A DNA stretch of 64,000 nucleotides from an uncultured Desulfobacter sp. (GTDB lineage Bacteria > Desulfobacterota > Desulfobacteria > Desulfobacterales > Desulfobacteraceae): NCBI GenBank assembly GCA_963665095.1, contig OY762069.1, positions 1,952,001 to 2,016,000 of the forward strand, written 5' to 3'. Positions within the stretch are counted from its first letter, which is position 1. The number at the start of each line of letters is the position of its first letter. Both the position numbers and the translations under genes were made by a program. Under the pieces are notes generated by a model. That model did not search any database and had not been told where the DNA came from. It saw only the letters and a program-made list of their open reading frames with translations. Shown here piece after piece: positions 51,417 through 62,554 of this stretch.

Positions 51417-52112
51417 TCAAGCATCTGTTTTTTTGGAAAAATGAATCTGCGCATCAGACTTTCTCAGATAGACCGGGGTCAGCAGGTGACGGGTAAAATC
51501 GACGCTGCCATCGGAGCGGATAGCGGAACGTACAAGTGCCGCCGCGCTGACACCATCCATGGACTCATGCGAAAAAACGGCATTGCCGTGAGTTCTCCCC
51601 AAGATCATCTCCCGATATACCTTTGACCCTGATCCTACAAACATGGCATCAGGTCCGGCGAGATCCACAGCGGTCTCCGGCGGACAGACAGCCTCTATAG
51701 ACTTTTCAATAAGCTGCCCACGGTGAAACCGATACAAAGCCGTATACACTTCTTTGCGTTTTGCATCCATCATCACGCAGACAGGCATTTCAGAACAGCT
51801 GAACCGAAAAGCTATGCCATCTAGACTGGAAATGCCTGCACTGGGCTTTGAAACAGCCATGGCCAGTCCCTTGATCATACTGATGCCGATTCGAAGCCCG
51901 GTAAAACTGCCCGGCCCCCTGGCTGCAATAAACCCGTCAATCTGCTCCACAGACAAACCTGACTGACTGTCAATGGCCTGCTGGATCATCAGTAAAAGCC
52001 CTTTTGAATGGGTCTTCCTTACCAGCAGACAGGATTCAAAAACCATGGCACCGCTCTCAAACAGTGCCATGCTGGCCCCCTGCTCTGCCGTACTCAGGGC
52101 AAAAAAATACAT
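51417..52112 (-). CDS. tsaB: t6A biosynthesis protein TsaB
   Basis: GPGSFTGLRIG, DAKRKEVY, PVYLR. Confidence 0.92.
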   Translation of the reverse strand: MYFFALSTAEQGASMALFESGAMVFESCLLVRKTHSKGLLLMIQQAIDSQSGLSVEQIDGFIAARGPGSFTGLRIGISMIKGLAMAVSKPSAGISSLDGIAFRFSCSEMPVCVMMDAKRKEVYTALYRFHRGQLIEKSIEAVCPPETAVDLAGPDAMFVGSGSKVYREMILGRTHGNAVFSHESMDGVSAAALVRSAIRSDGSVDFTRHLLTPVYLRKSDAQIHFSKKTDA

Positions 52113-52114
52113 GC

Positions 52115-54490
52115 CTAATCCTGCTCGATGGCAATATCCAGCACTTGCCTGATATCCTTAACACAGATAAATGCCAGTTTGGACTTAATTGATTTCGGAA
52201 TATCATGCAGGTCTTTTTTATTTTTTTCAGGGATGATTACTGTTTTAATGCCTGCCCTTAAGGCGCCAAGCGCCTTCTCTTTAAGCCCCCCGATGGGAAG
52301 CACCCTTCCCCGCAAAGAAATCTCCCCTGTCATACCCACTTTGTTATTCACCTTCTTACCTGTAAATGCCGACACCAGGGCTGTGGCAATGGCAATGCCG
52401 GCAGAAGGTCCGTCTTTGGGAATGGCACCAGCCGGCACATGGATATGAATGTCGTTGGCATCAAAAGCTTCCTTGTCAATGTTCAAGTCTTCCTGATGGG
52501 CCTTGGTATAGGTCAGGGCAGCCCGGGCCGACTCCTGCATCACCTCACCGATCTGACCGGTGAGCTGCAGTTCCCCTTTTCCGGGGAATAGAGAAATTTC
52601 AATATAAAGATGTTCACCGCCCACCTCAGTCCACGCAAGCCCAGTAGCAAGTCCGACCTGGCTTTCTTCCTGATCCATCTCGTTAATATACTGGGGCGGT
52701 CCGAGATACTTTGTCATATTCTGACAGGTTACCGTGAAACGCCCTTTTTTACCTTCTGCGATCTGGCGGGCAATTTTTCTACATACAGAATCCAGTTTAC
52801 GTTCAAGTTCTCTTAACCCCGCCTCCAGAGTATACTCAGATACAATGGACTCAATGGCATTGTGGCTGAATTGAATAGAACGTCGAATCAGCCCATTATC
52901 TTTTAGCTTTCGCGGCAAAAGATGTTCCTTTGCTATCACCACCTTCTCCTGGCGAGTGTACCCTGGAATATGTATCAGTTCCATTCGGTCAAGTAGTGCT
53001 GAAGGTATAGTATCTGCCATATTGGCCGTCAAAACAAACAAAACTTCTGACAAATCAAAGGGCATATTCAAATAATGATCGGAAAATTCAAAATTTTGTT
53101 CCGGATCCAACGCCTCTAGCAAAGCGGACGAAGGGTCTCCTCTAAAATCATTGCCCAATTTATCGATCTCATCCAGCATAAAAACGGGATTTTTAGTACC
53201 GCACTGACGAAGTCCCTGCAGGATTCTTCCCGGCATAGCCCCTATGTAGGTCCTGCGATGGCCTCTGATTTCAGCCTCATCCCGGATACCGCCCAAGGAG
53301 ACCCGATGAAATTTGCGTTTCATAGCTTTGGCAATGGCCCTGCCAAGAGATGTCTTGCCCACACCCGGAGGCCCCACAAAACAGATAATCTGACCTTTTT
53401 TCTTTGGATTCAGTTTTCGGACACTTAGATATTCAAGAATTCGGTCTTTGGCTTTATCCAGTCCGTAGTGATTCTGATCCAAAACCTCCTTTGCTTTTTT
53501 TATATCCAGAAAATCTTTGGTACTTTTGCTCCAGGGCAGTTCAACAATACAATCCAAATAAGTTCTGACCACTGAGGCTTCAGAGGAATCAAAGTGCATC
53601 TGCTCCAGGCGAGTGAGCTGTTTTAACGCCTCTTTTTCACATACTTCAGGCAACTTGCATTTTTTAATCTTTTCCTGAAACTCAGCTATTTCAGCAAGCT
53701 TATCATCACTTTCCCCAAGCTCCCGGTGAATGGCCTTAACCTGTTCGCGAAGATAATAGTCCCGCTGATTTTTTGAAATTTCATCTTTAACATGCGTTTG
53801 AATCTTTGCCTGGACTGCTGAAAGGTCCAGTTCCCTGGCCAACAGGTCATTCACCCGTTTTAAACGCTCGACTGTATCCGTTGTTTCCAGGATAGACTGG
53901 GCATCCTCCACTTTGAGGTTCAGGTTGGAGGCCACAAGGTCTGCCAACTTACCAGGGGAATCAATATGTGATAAAAGATCGCCCACATCACCGGAAAAAT
54001 CCCCTTTAAGCGCCAGAAGTTTTTCACTATTTTCTTTAACATTGCGCATCAAAGCTTCAATTTCAATATTGATATCATCCGGCTCGATATCTGAAAGCGT
54101 TTCGACCTTGACCTTAAAAAAGGACCGTTTCTGGACAAATTCAATCACCCTGGCCTTGGCAATACCCTGAACCAGTGCCTTAATTCGTCCGTCAGGCATT
54201 TTTATCATTTTCTGAACCCGGGCAATGGTTCCTGTTTCATAGACATCTGACGGCCCGGGCTTTTCTATTTCAGAATCCCTCTGGACAGACAGAAACACGT
54301 ATCGGTCAAACTCCACACACTCCTCAATGGCCTTAATGGATTTATCCCGACCGACAAACAGAGGAAGCAACATATCTGTAAAGACAACTACATCCCTGAC
54401 CGGCATCATGGGAAGGATATTGGGAATTTCGTCGATATTGCCTTCTTTTTCAATTATTTCGATCAGATCATCAATATCTGCTTCTGCCAT
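52115..54490 (-). CDS. lon: Lon protease
   Basis: GPPGVGKTS, HRRTYIG, PKDGPSAG. Confidence 0.97.
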   Translation of the reverse strand: MAEADIDDLIEIIEKEGNIDEIPNILPMMPVRDVVVFTDMLLPLFVGRDKSIKAIEECVEFDRYVFLSVQRDSEIEKPGPSDVYETGTIARVQKMIKMPDGRIKALVQGIAKARVIEFVQKRSFFKVKVETLSDIEPDDINIEIEALMRNVKENSEKLLALKGDFSGDVGDLLSHIDSPGKLADLVASNLNLKVEDAQSILETTDTVERLKRVNDLLARELDLSAVQAKIQTHVKDEISKNQRDYYLREQVKAIHRELGESDDKLAEIAEFQEKIKKCKLPEVCEKEALKQLTRLEQMHFDSSEASVVRTYLDCIVELPWSKSTKDFLDIKKAKEVLDQNHYGLDKAKDRILEYLSVRKLNPKKKGQIICFVGPPGVGKTSLGRAIAKAMKRKFHRVSLGGIRDEAEIRGHRRTYIGAMPGRILQGLRQCGTKNPVFMLDEIDKLGNDFRGDPSSALLEALDPEQNFEFSDHYLNMPFDLSEVLFVLTANMADTIPSALLDRMELIHIPGYTRQEKVVIAKEHLLPRKLKDNGLIRRSIQFSHNAIESIVSEYTLEAGLRELERKLDSVCRKIARQIAEGKKGRFTVTCQNMTKYLGPPQYINEMDQEESQVGLATGLAWTEVGGEHLYIEISLFPGKGELQLTGQIGEVMQESARAALTYTKAHQEDLNIDKEAFDANDIHIHVPAGAIPKDGPSAGIAIATALVSAFTGKKVNNKVGMTGEISLRGRVLPIGGLKEKALGALRAGIKTVIIPEKNKKDLHDIPKSIKSKLAFICVKDIRQVLDIAIEQD

Positions 54491-54864
54491 TTATGCTCCT
54501 TAAATTCAAACAATTGCCGCAGGTCAGTTTTAAGATCTGCCACCTTTTGGCTGCATTTGAATAAATTTTTTGGTTACCATCCTGTCATAAAAAACAGGAC
54601 CAGACCGAACGCTATCTGACATCAGAAGCCTTTCCGGATTGGTCCTCCCCGTATCTATACTGGGGTTACGCATTAAATCGTATTTAGAATAAAACAGAAA
54701 AATATTTTTACAATATCCTTGAAAAAATATTTTCAACATTAGATATTCCACAAGATGTATCAGAAAAACCTGATTATGTCAGGTACCTTTTGAACTGATT
54801 GTCCATTATTGCAACCACGACTTAAATAAATATGCCACTATTAAGAATGGCAAATAGGAACAAT

Positions 54865-55650
54865 ATGTCCCAAGTATACACCTTTATTGCTGTTATGTTT
54901 TTTATTTTTGGTGCCTGTATCGGCAGTTTCCTTAATGTAGTGATTTACAGGCTTCCCGAAAGGCAATCCATTATTTTCCCCTCTTCCCATTGCCCTTTCT
55001 GTCAACACGCCATCCCATTTTATCTTAATTTACCGATTATCAGTTTTGTGCTTTTGAAAGGCCAATGCCGATTTTGCAAAAAACCAATTTCAATACGGTA
55101 TCCAATTGTGGAAATGATCACAGGTATGCTTGGGTTAGGAATGTTCTTACGGTTTGGCCTTTCAACGACTGCCCTTTTTTATTTTATATTTGGTGCGGTG
55201 CTCATCGCCATCTCCTTTATTGACTTTGACCGCCAGATTATCCCGGACAGACTGTCCATACCCGGAATTTTTATATTTTCGCTATCATGCCTTTTGGTGC
55301 CCCACATGACAATTATGTCTGTTTTTCTGGGAATCCTGGGCGGAGGGGGGATTTTGTATGCAGTGGCCCTGTCCTATTATTATCTGCGGGGACGCCAAGG
55401 AATGGGCGGAGGGGATATTAAACTTTTGGCCATGATCGGAGCCGCCACTGGGATAGAAGGGGTATTTTTCACACTGTTTACAGGATCGGTCTTGGGAACC
55501 CTTGGCGGGGTTGCAACAATGGCCTTAGCAGGAAAATCAGAAAAAAAAACAGCCAAAATACCCTTTGGACCATTCCTTTCGGCCGGGGCACTTCTCTACA
55601 TCTTCTGGGGTGATCCACTGATCCAGTGGTATCTTGGGATCCTTGGTTAA
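54865..55650 (+). CDS. pilD: Prepilin peptidase A24
   Basis: GSFLNVVIYRLP, CxxC pairs, GMGGGDIKL, PFGP. Confidence 0.92.
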   Translation: MSQVYTFIAVMFFIFGACIGSFLNVVIYRLPERQSIIFPSSHCPFCQHAIPFYLNLPIISFVLLKGQCRFCKKPISIRYPIVEMITGMLGLGMFLRFGLSTTALFYFIFGAVLIAISFIDFDRQIIPDRLSIPGIFIFSLSCLLVPHMTIMSVFLGILGGGGILYAVALSYYYLRGRQGMGGGDIKLLAMIGAATGIEGVFFTLFTGSVLGTLGGVATMALAGKSEKKTAKIPFGPFLSAGALLYIFWGDPLIQWYLGILG

Positions 55651-55652
55651 AA

Positions 55653-56126
55653 TTAACTACTGCTATCGGAATAACAGATCTCAAGCACCACTTTGCCCTT
55701 AGTGGTTTGAAAAGGAATACTCACCACATGACTGCCGGAGGCTATGTGTGTAATTATTTCATTTCTACCTGTCACCACTTTTACGAATTTAACTTTTACC
55801 TTTTTATCCAACTCTCCGATCTTAGTAGTTACGTGCCCGGCTACCATGTTGCTGATTTCCCCAACCGCATCTGAGATCTCTTCGTTGATTTCAGTCATCT
55901 CTTCGCCGAACATGGCTGATACGATACCTAATATACTTTTCCTAGTAAAAGATATTGCAACCGTTGCCTCAAGATCCCCTTCAACCGTTAAGAGCCCTGA
56001 TATATCGCCCTGATGACTTGTATCACCCTTGAGAAAAGGTGGCTGGGGTTTTACTTTCACTAAGGCAGTAGTATCAAGAATGTGTAAAGTTCCCTCGATA
56101 AAAGGATTGACAAGCGCTACATCCAT
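55653..56126 (-). CDS. cheX: Chemotaxis phosphatase CheX
   Basis: NPFI, DAVGEISNMVAG. Confidence 0.88.
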   Translation of the reverse strand: MDVALVNPFIEGTLHILDTTALVKVKPQPPFLKGDTSHQGDISGLLTVEGDLEATVAISFTRKSILGIVSAMFGEEMTEINEEISDAVGEISNMVAGHVTTKIGELDKKVKVKFVKVVTGRNEIITHIASGSHVVSIPFQTTKGKVVLEICYSDSSS

Positions 56127-56205
56127 TTTCTCCTCCCGTTTTGAATCATTTTATGCCGCCCTGAAAAAACTGGCAACGAAATTTTTTAAAAAAAGCAATA
56201 AATAC

Positions 56206-56234
56206 TTGACACGCCCTTCTCAACGACGTAACGT
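56206..56234 (+). promoter_or_regulatory. Sigma70 promoter for HU gene
   Basis: TTGACA-17 bp-TAACGT. Confidence 0.55.
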
Positions 56235-56324
56235 ACGCAAAAAAGCTTAAATGAAAACTATTTTCATAAAAATTATATTTTAACTTATTTTTTTCCTACA
56301 AACCCCAAAAAAAGGAGTGGCACG

Positions 56325-56594
56325 ATGAACAAAGGCGATTTAATCAACAAGGTTTCAGAAGTTCTCAGCAGCAAAAAAGATGCTCAGGCGGCCGTTGACT
56401 GCATGATTCAGACAATCACTGATGCATTGGCTGCCAACGATTCTGTAACGCTCGTGGGCTTCGGCACATTTAAAACAGCTGAACGCAAAGCCAGAAAGGG
56501 CAGAAATCCCCAGACAGGCAAAGAGATTAACATCCCGGCTAGAAATGTTCCTAAGTTTGTTCCTGGCAAAGCTCTTAAAGACGCCGTTAAATAA
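56325..56594 (+). CDS. hup: DNA-binding protein HU
   Basis: [22 protein letters not shown]. Confidence 0.95.
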   Translation: MNKGDLINKVSEVLSSKKDAQAAVDCMIQTITDALAANDSVTLVGFGTFKTAERKARKGRNPQTGKEINIPARNVPKFVPGKALKDAVK

Positions 56595-56618
56595 CGACAA
56601 CCCTTTTTATAAGTTCAT

Positions 56619-56666
56619 CTTCAGGCAGTATTGACAAGGGAAGTCAATGCTGCCTGAAGGGTTTTA
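56619..56666 (+). terminator. Hairpin after HU gene
   Basis: CTTCAGGCAGTATTGAC / GTCAATGCTGCCTGAAG. Confidence 0.6.
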
Positions 56667-56670
56667 TGAT

Positions 56671-57420
56671 ATGGGATTTGACGTTTCAAAGATATTTCTA
56701 CCCTCAGTCGGAGTTGATCTGGTATTAAATATGAATACCGATTTCCCCATCTCAAAATCTTCAATTATATACGACAGTAACTTTAAAAAAAGGACCATCA
56801 CAGTTGCCCAGCCCGCCACACCCATTACCCCAAACACTCAATTTGAGCAACTACACCTGACAACGCTCGTTTATCTCAATCAGCGCCGGTCCCGAATTGG
56901 CTTAAGGTGCAAGTCCGTTAAGTTCATAAATGATTATCCCATGGCCAACGGAGCCCTGACAAAAGCCCTTGTGGTTGAGTACCAGTTGCCGGCCACAGAG
57001 AGTAATATCCGTTCAGCCTTCAGACTACCTGTTGGAAGCAGATATACGGTAAAAGCCAAGCTCGTATACAATAAACAAGAGTATCGGACACCTAGTGATT
57101 TCAAAATTAAGGACATTTCTTTTTCGGGTTTAGGACTTGTCATTCTGGAAAAGAAAGGCAAAAACAATGCCCTGTATACCCTCAACCCTGGAACAGAACT
57201 TATTATGGGTTTAGCACTTGTAGACAAAGATCAACCTGGAGCGGTAGGAACCTTCCCAATTAAAATCAAGGTGGCACGGATAAACTCCAATTATTCAGAG
57301 ACGCACACGCTGATAGGTTTGCAAATTACCAGCATCACTCAGGAAAATGAATCTGTCCTCAATCAGTTTATCCACGCGGCACAAATAGACGAATTAAAAC
57401 GCATCAGCAAGAAAGGCTGA
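56671..57420 (+). CDS. PilZ-domain protein
   Basis: RSAFR and DISFSG c-di-GMP motifs. Confidence 0.75.
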   Translation: MGFDVSKIFLPSVGVDLVLNMNTDFPISKSSIIYDSNFKKRTITVAQPATPITPNTQFEQLHLTTLVYLNQRRSRIGLRCKSVKFINDYPMANGALTKALVVEYQLPATESNIRSAFRLPVGSRYTVKAKLVYNKQEYRTPSDFKIKDISFSGLGLVILEKKGKNNALYTLNPGTELIMGLALVDKDQPGAVGTFPIKIKVARINSNYSETHTLIGLQITSITQENESVLNQFIHAAQIDELKRISKKG

Positions 57421-58852
57421 CCTTCTGTTTGCGTATATACGTTTTGAGCCAGCCAACAAGATCCTTTTGATCAGAATCAAGACGATCCATGCCCTGTGCA
57501 ATTTCTTCAAGCAATGTTAAGGCACTGTCACAAGTCAATTTGGTATCATCTTTATAGCCTTTGACGGGAATGCCGGGCTGCATGCCGGTGATCCCCCTGA
57601 GATGAGACAAAAACTCAGGCACCCGTTTCAGTTTTTCATTAAAATTTCTAACCAGGACTCTTTGGGCCAATGTACGTACCCTTTTACTCTGTAACGTCGT
57701 GGAGACCTGATATTTCTTCTCAATACCAGCTTTGTGAAATGCTGCGATTTCTTTTCTATCCTGATAAGAAAAAAATCCACCCTGATAAAGATCGGCGTCA
57801 GGATCTATATCAGGCACCCTTGGATATTTAAAATCGCGATGAAACGCCACAGCTTTAGAAAATTTGGATAAAGAATCCTCACAAATTATCTTCAGATTCT
57901 GGTGACAGACTGCTTTGGTCCGATCTGGCATCTTACCCCAAAACCGGTCTAAGGCAGGCAAAATCAAAAACTGATCTCCCGGCTTTTTTCGTAATGTGAT
58001 GAAATCATAAATGCCACGCTCATCATCTATTCGGTCAAACAAATCTTCTTTGTCCAAACGAACCCAGAGCTTTTGATTTTTATAGGGAGTGGATTCCCCG
58101 ATACAGAGGACAGGAGCCAAATATCCGCAGTCAGAGCCAAATGAAACCGATACCATCAAAGCGATATCCATTCCATATTCCGATGCGATTTTTGAGGTGC
58201 CAAGGCGGGCCATTCGATCAAGATCCTTTTGCTTGTCAAAAAAGCCAAGGACATACTCCCATATGTCGTCATACCTTGAAAACGCCTTTGCAAGGCAGAC
58301 AACCGCTTCCACATCACTCATGGCCTCATGGGCTCTACCCGAAATCTGAAAACCATTTTCACGGGTCAGATACTCAAGCTTCATGGTTGTTTTTCCATCT
58401 GCCAAAACCGGCCAGGACAGGGCCTGACGACAGTACAGGTAATATATCAATGTCACCGGCAGCATATCCATTCTGCAGCATCCGCTGGCAAATTGGTGAG
58501 CATAAGGATCTAAAAGATTACGATAGAAAAGAAAACGTAAAAATTCATCATCAAACCCAAGGGAATTATATCCCATACTGATTGTGTCGGGGGTATTGAG
58601 AATGGCATGAATCTTTAGAGCAGCCTGGTATTCGCTAATCCCGGTCTCAAGTATTTGTGGACTAAGCCTGTGAGTGAGAAACGCACCGGGAGAGGGGACG
58701 ATATCGGCACGCAGCCGAACGATTATTAACTCTCTGCTTATTTCGTTCAGGGCAGTATCTGTTCGGATACATGCAAAGGTGAGTACCTGGTCAAAGGCGG
58801 GATTCAGTCCGGATGTTTCGATATCATAAAAAAGAAAAGTTTTCATTTTCAT
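57404..58852 (-). CDS. sbcB: Exodeoxyribonuclease I
   Basis: FYDIETSG, GYNSLGFDDE, AHEAMSDV. Confidence 0.85.
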   Translation of the reverse strand: MKMKTFLFYDIETSGLNPAFDQVLTFACIRTDTALNEISRELIIVRLRADIVPSPGAFLTHRLSPQILETGISEYQAALKIHAILNTPDTISMGYNSLGFDDEFLRFLFYRNLLDPYAHQFASGCCRMDMLPVTLIYYLYCRQALSWPVLADGKTTMKLEYLTRENGFQISGRAHEAMSDVEAVVCLAKAFSRYDDIWEYVLGFFDKQKDLDRMARLGTSKIASEYGMDIALMVSVSFGSDCGYLAPVLCIGESTPYKNQKLWVRLDKEDLFDRIDDERGIYDFITLRKKPGDQFLILPALDRFWGKMPDRTKAVCHQNLKIICEDSLSKFSKAVAFHRDFKYPRVPDIDPDADLYQGGFFSYQDRKEIAAFHKAGIEKKYQVSTTLQSKRVRTLAQRVLVRNFNEKLKRVPEFLSHLRGITGMQPGIPVKGYKDDTKLTCDSALTLLEEIAQGMDRLDSDQKDLVGWLKTYIRKQKVSLSC

Positions 58853-58923
58853 TAAAAAAGGGAAACAAACACCGTCTGTCCCCCTTTTTGTTTTGTGAAA
58901 CCGACCTGAAAAGCCGGAGAATA

Positions 58924-59319
58924 TTACCTTTTCGAGAACTGGAAACTGGCTCTTGCACCCTTTTTGCCATATTTCTTCCGTTCTTTCTGCCTAGAGTCCC
59001 TGGTTAAAAAACCAGCAGATTTTAGTACTCCGCGAAGATCAGGATCTGATAAAACCAGAGCTTTGGAAACACCCTGACGAATGGCGCCAGCCTGTCCACT
59101 CTGTCCGCCTCCCATCACGGTGATTTTAATATCAAATGCATCACTCTTATCGGTTAAGACAAGGGGAGAGGTGAGCAGTTCCTGGTTTACAGCAATATCA
59201 AAATACTCATCCAGTTCCCGGTTATTAACAACTATTTTCCCTGTACCAGGCATCAGCCAAACTTTGGCTACAGAATCTTTTCTCTTACCTGTTGCATAAA
59301 ATTGCGTTGTACTTTCCAT
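58924..59319 (-). CDS. rpsI: 30S ribosomal protein S9
   Basis: [20 protein letters not shown]. Confidence 0.97.
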   Translation of the reverse strand: MESTTQFYATGKRKDSVAKVWLMPGTGKIVVNNRELDEYFDIAVNQELLTSPLVLTDKSDAFDIKITVMGGGQSGQAGAIRQGVSKALVLSDPDLRGVLKSAGFLTRDSRQKERKKYGKKGARASFQFSKR

Positions 59320-59344
59320 TGATTGTATAAAATCCTTTTATATC

Positions 59345-59779
59345 TTAGAATTCAACAACTTGAGGCTTCTGCGCAGCATGGGGATGCTGGTCGCCTGCAT
59401 ATACGAATAATTTTTTGCCAAGTTTACGGCCCAGCCTGTTTTTAGGCAGCATACCTCGTACCGCTTTCCTTAAGACATCTTCGGGCTTTTTTTCAAGCAT
59501 CTCTTTTGCCGTCTGAGATTTTAACCCCCCCATATACCCGGAATGACGGTAATATGTTTTCTGGGTCATCTTATTGCCGGTCAGGCGAACCTTGTCGGCA
59601 TTAACGACAATAACCCAGTCCCCGGTATCCACATGAGGGGTATAAAGCGGATTATGTTTACCGCGGATTCTATACGCTATCTGGGAAGCAAGCCGCCCAA
59701 GTACCTGATCTTTTGCATCAATAACGCACCAGTTCTCTTTGTTGTCAGATCTTTTCGCACTGTATGTATATTTTTTCAA
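59345..59779 (-). CDS. rplM: 50S ribosomal protein L13
   Basis: [22 protein letters not shown] start after GGAG. Confidence 0.97.
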   Translation of the reverse strand: MKKYTYSAKRSDNKENWCVIDAKDQVLGRLASQIAYRIRGKHNPLYTPHVDTGDWVIVVNADKVRLTGNKMTQKTYYRHSGYMGGLKSQTAKEMLEKKPEDVLRKAVRGMLPKNRLGRKLGKKLFVYAGDQHPHAAQKPQVVEF

Positions 59780-59852
59780 TTTTCTCCATGCTCCTCTAAA
59801 TAAACGCAATCAGGGATACTTACAGAATTTTTTTTTTGAAGTCAAGTTTTTT

Positions 59853-60275
59853 TTATAATTCAATCTGTTTTTCATCAACCTGCCGGCTTTTTGATCCACC
59901 GGGAAAGAATGATTTCTCTTTCTGAGACTGAGCCATATTGCTGGCAGTCTTGCATGCAACATCGGCATTGAGAACGCCACCATTTTCCACAATAAGATCC
60001 TGACAGACAACCTTACCTGCGCAGACACCGGACGATAGAATAATCAGCTCCTTTGAGGCATGCACCTCCCCTTCAAAACTGCCGCCAATGGTAAGGCTGG
60101 ACACTTTTGTACGTGTTGAATTTACCTGCCCGTTCTGCGCAATGATGACTACGTCCCCCTCAATGGTTCCTGTCACCTGCCCTTTGATGATTAGCTTTCC
60201 GGAACTTTCTATCGAGCCGTCAATTTTAAGCTCTTTGTCAATGATGCTTAAATTCTTTTTGCCTTTTATCCCCAC
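59853..60275 (-). CDS. Bactofilin (polymer-forming cytoskeletal protein)
   Basis: Repeating I.G.I beta-helix pattern. Confidence 0.85.
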   Translation of the reverse strand: MGIKGKKNLSIIDKELKIDGSIESSGKLIIKGQVTGTIEGDVVIIAQNGQVNSTRTKVSSLTIGGSFEGEVHASKELIILSSGVCAGKVVCQDLIVENGGVLNADVACKTASNMAQSQKEKSFFPGGSKSRQVDEKQIEL

Positions 60276-60330
60276 AGCTGTAAGTCTCCTTGCAATACAC
60301 GTAATATAAATTGAAAGTCTGTATTAGTCC

Positions 60331-61260
60331 TTATTCCTTTATGCCGGATTTAAATGAGGTCTTAAACAACAGTGTTTCTGTTTCATCAAATATATATATT
60401 GATGCAGTGGTAAACTTTTCCGGTGGCGTGACAGTCGACACTGTGAACTGTACGGGTTTAAATCGGGAAATGGAAAAATAATGCCCTTTTCTATACGGCC
60501 CTGGAATACCATCTGTCATATCAGCCTTAGGTGTAATCTCCCATTTAGAGGGATCGGTGCCTTCGGGTTTTAGTACACAAAAAATTCGACCGGATATTTC
60601 CCTGGCATTCTGGGTTGTATTTCTCAGATCAAACCGTATCACAACTTGTTGCCGGCTCTTTCCGCGGGAAAGAGAAAAATTTTCAACTGTAACAGACGCT
60701 GTATTTTCAGAAATTTGTTCAGACAATAATTTATCCTCCGGATCTGCTGGCACAGCCTGGCCTTCCTGTACCCTCTCAGTGCCCTGTTCAGAAAACAATT
60801 CCGATCCAGATTCCGTATCAGAAACGAAACTGTCAGTTTGCAGATCCGATCCATTTTTATCAATCATTCCCTGACGTTTTTCTTTACGGGGTAGCTCCGG
60901 CTCCTTCACAGCAGCCATCGTTTCAAGTTCGGAAACATTGCCAGTTACAACCAACCGGGCCATAAGAAGTTCTTTCTCACCGGTCAGGCGCTGTACTCTT
61001 TCTCCTAAAGTGTCCACGGTTGCCCTTAACTGGACGTTATGAATTTCTGCTTTGGAATAAAGCCAATAGAATCCGCCTGTACCACAGCTTGCGACTATAC
61101 TGACCACCAGAAAAAAATAAACCATCCCTTTCAGGTAATTACCTGATTTCAGCTCCCCAAAGTTATCAACAATCAGAATATTTTTCCCTTTGGGCCTGTT
61201 ATAGGGCTTTGGTTTTGTTCGGGCTATCTCCCTTTCCAGTTCTCTCGAAATATCTTCCAT
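60331..61260 (-). CDS. Hypothetical membrane protein with coiled coil
   Basis: 309-aa ORF, one TM segment, co-oriented in operon. Confidence 0.7.
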   Translation of the reverse strand: MEDISRELEREIARTKPKPYNRPKGKNILIVDNFGELKSGNYLKGMVYFFLVVSIVASCGTGGFYWLYSKAEIHNVQLRATVDTLGERVQRLTGEKELLMARLVVTGNVSELETMAAVKEPELPRKEKRQGMIDKNGSDLQTDSFVSDTESGSELFSEQGTERVQEGQAVPADPEDKLLSEQISENTASVTVENFSLSRGKSRQQVVIRFDLRNTTQNAREISGRIFCVLKPEGTDPSKWEITPKADMTDGIPGPYRKGHYFSISRFKPVQFTVSTVTPPEKFTTASIYIFDETETLLFKTSFKSGIKE

Positions 61261-62554
61261 TCCCCATCCTGTTCGACAAGTTTTAGCTGTTTTCTGCCCT
61301 GGGTTGAAAATCCACTGGATCTGTAATTCTGAACAAAACTGACCTCGTATCCGTCTCTACGCGGCACCACTTTATAATCTTTGCCGGTAACAGATATGTA
61401 ATCATACTTTTGCGCAAGCTTTTTTTTACGTTTCACCCATGCTTTTTTCCCCAGCCCGTCGCACTCAAAATTACTGGCATAAAAATCTGCATACCTGGTC
61501 ATATTTTTAGCCGACCATGCTGCCAGCCACTGTTCAACGGTTTTAACCACCGCCACATCTGCAGACTGACCCTGAAAAAGCTTCCTTGCTCCGGCAATCA
61601 AAGGCGTTTGTCCGGGATAAAGCCTTTTAGGCTTTTTTGAAAAAGATCCCCTATGATCGCTGGTCCGCTGCTGGTCTGGCGGATAAAAAGCTGGCGTTTT
61701 CCCAGATAAACGCTCTGTTCAATATCTCCTGGCGAACCAATGGCAAGGCTGATATCTGTCAGTACTACAATAACCCCGCTGTGGGCATACATTCCTGTGT
61801 TATTCAGAATAATCCATGGATTTTTCTTTTTTGCCAAACCCTTATTGCGCAGCCTGCACCAGTCCTCCCACCACGAAATGTCGGGCAGATAAACAGCATC
61901 GTAAAAAGACAGATAGTCGTGATAGTCATCTCCAGCCAGCGCCCGGGCCCAGGCAGCAATAAACCCGGATACCTGCTCTTGGATATTTTGCAACTTATCC
62001 ATTGAGGTATAATCAATCTGCTCAACAATGACCAGAGGAGTAGCATCCAGATGGATATAATCAGCCAGAGCAATAATATTTTTATTCTCAAGGGCCACGC
62101 ATCCGTTAGAATCCTTTGGCTTAAGATGCTTGTCTGTACCATGAAGCCAGATGGCCGAACCCTGTTTTCCAAGGCGCAAATCCAAAAAATTGGGATAATC
62201 GGATGTAAAGGCCTTTTTCCCGTAAACTGCTGTCAAATACCGGTCTTCAAATTCATGTTTCAGGAAATAGATCCCTTCCGGGGTTTTTTTATCTCCGGCT
62301 TTCAATTTGGGTCCAGGATTGGCACCGGTAGAGCAGGCAGACTGAAATACAGGATTTTTTGCTCCTTTCTGTGAAGAATACACATAAAGCATTTGGCTTT
62401 TTTTCTCCACAATAATAGCATTCTCGTTCTCCGGAAGCTGAATTATTGCCGCCGGTACCCCTGCTGTAAATGCCTGCCCCGAACCAGGACATACCAGAGA
62501 AACAGCCAGAACACCGATAGCTATCAAAAATATTGGTTTAAATGCGTTGATCAT
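61224..62554 (-). pseudogene. L,D-transpeptidase (YkuD) with NTF2-like domains, split by one frameshift
   Basis: GDKKTPEG, IWLHG, SNGCV; adding one base in the run at 61633-61638 joins 61598-62554 to 61224-61601. Confidence 0.7.

Noticed and set aside
54530..54751. 73-aa ORF upstream of lon
   Set aside because: Lies in an AT-rich divergent promoter region with no homology cue.
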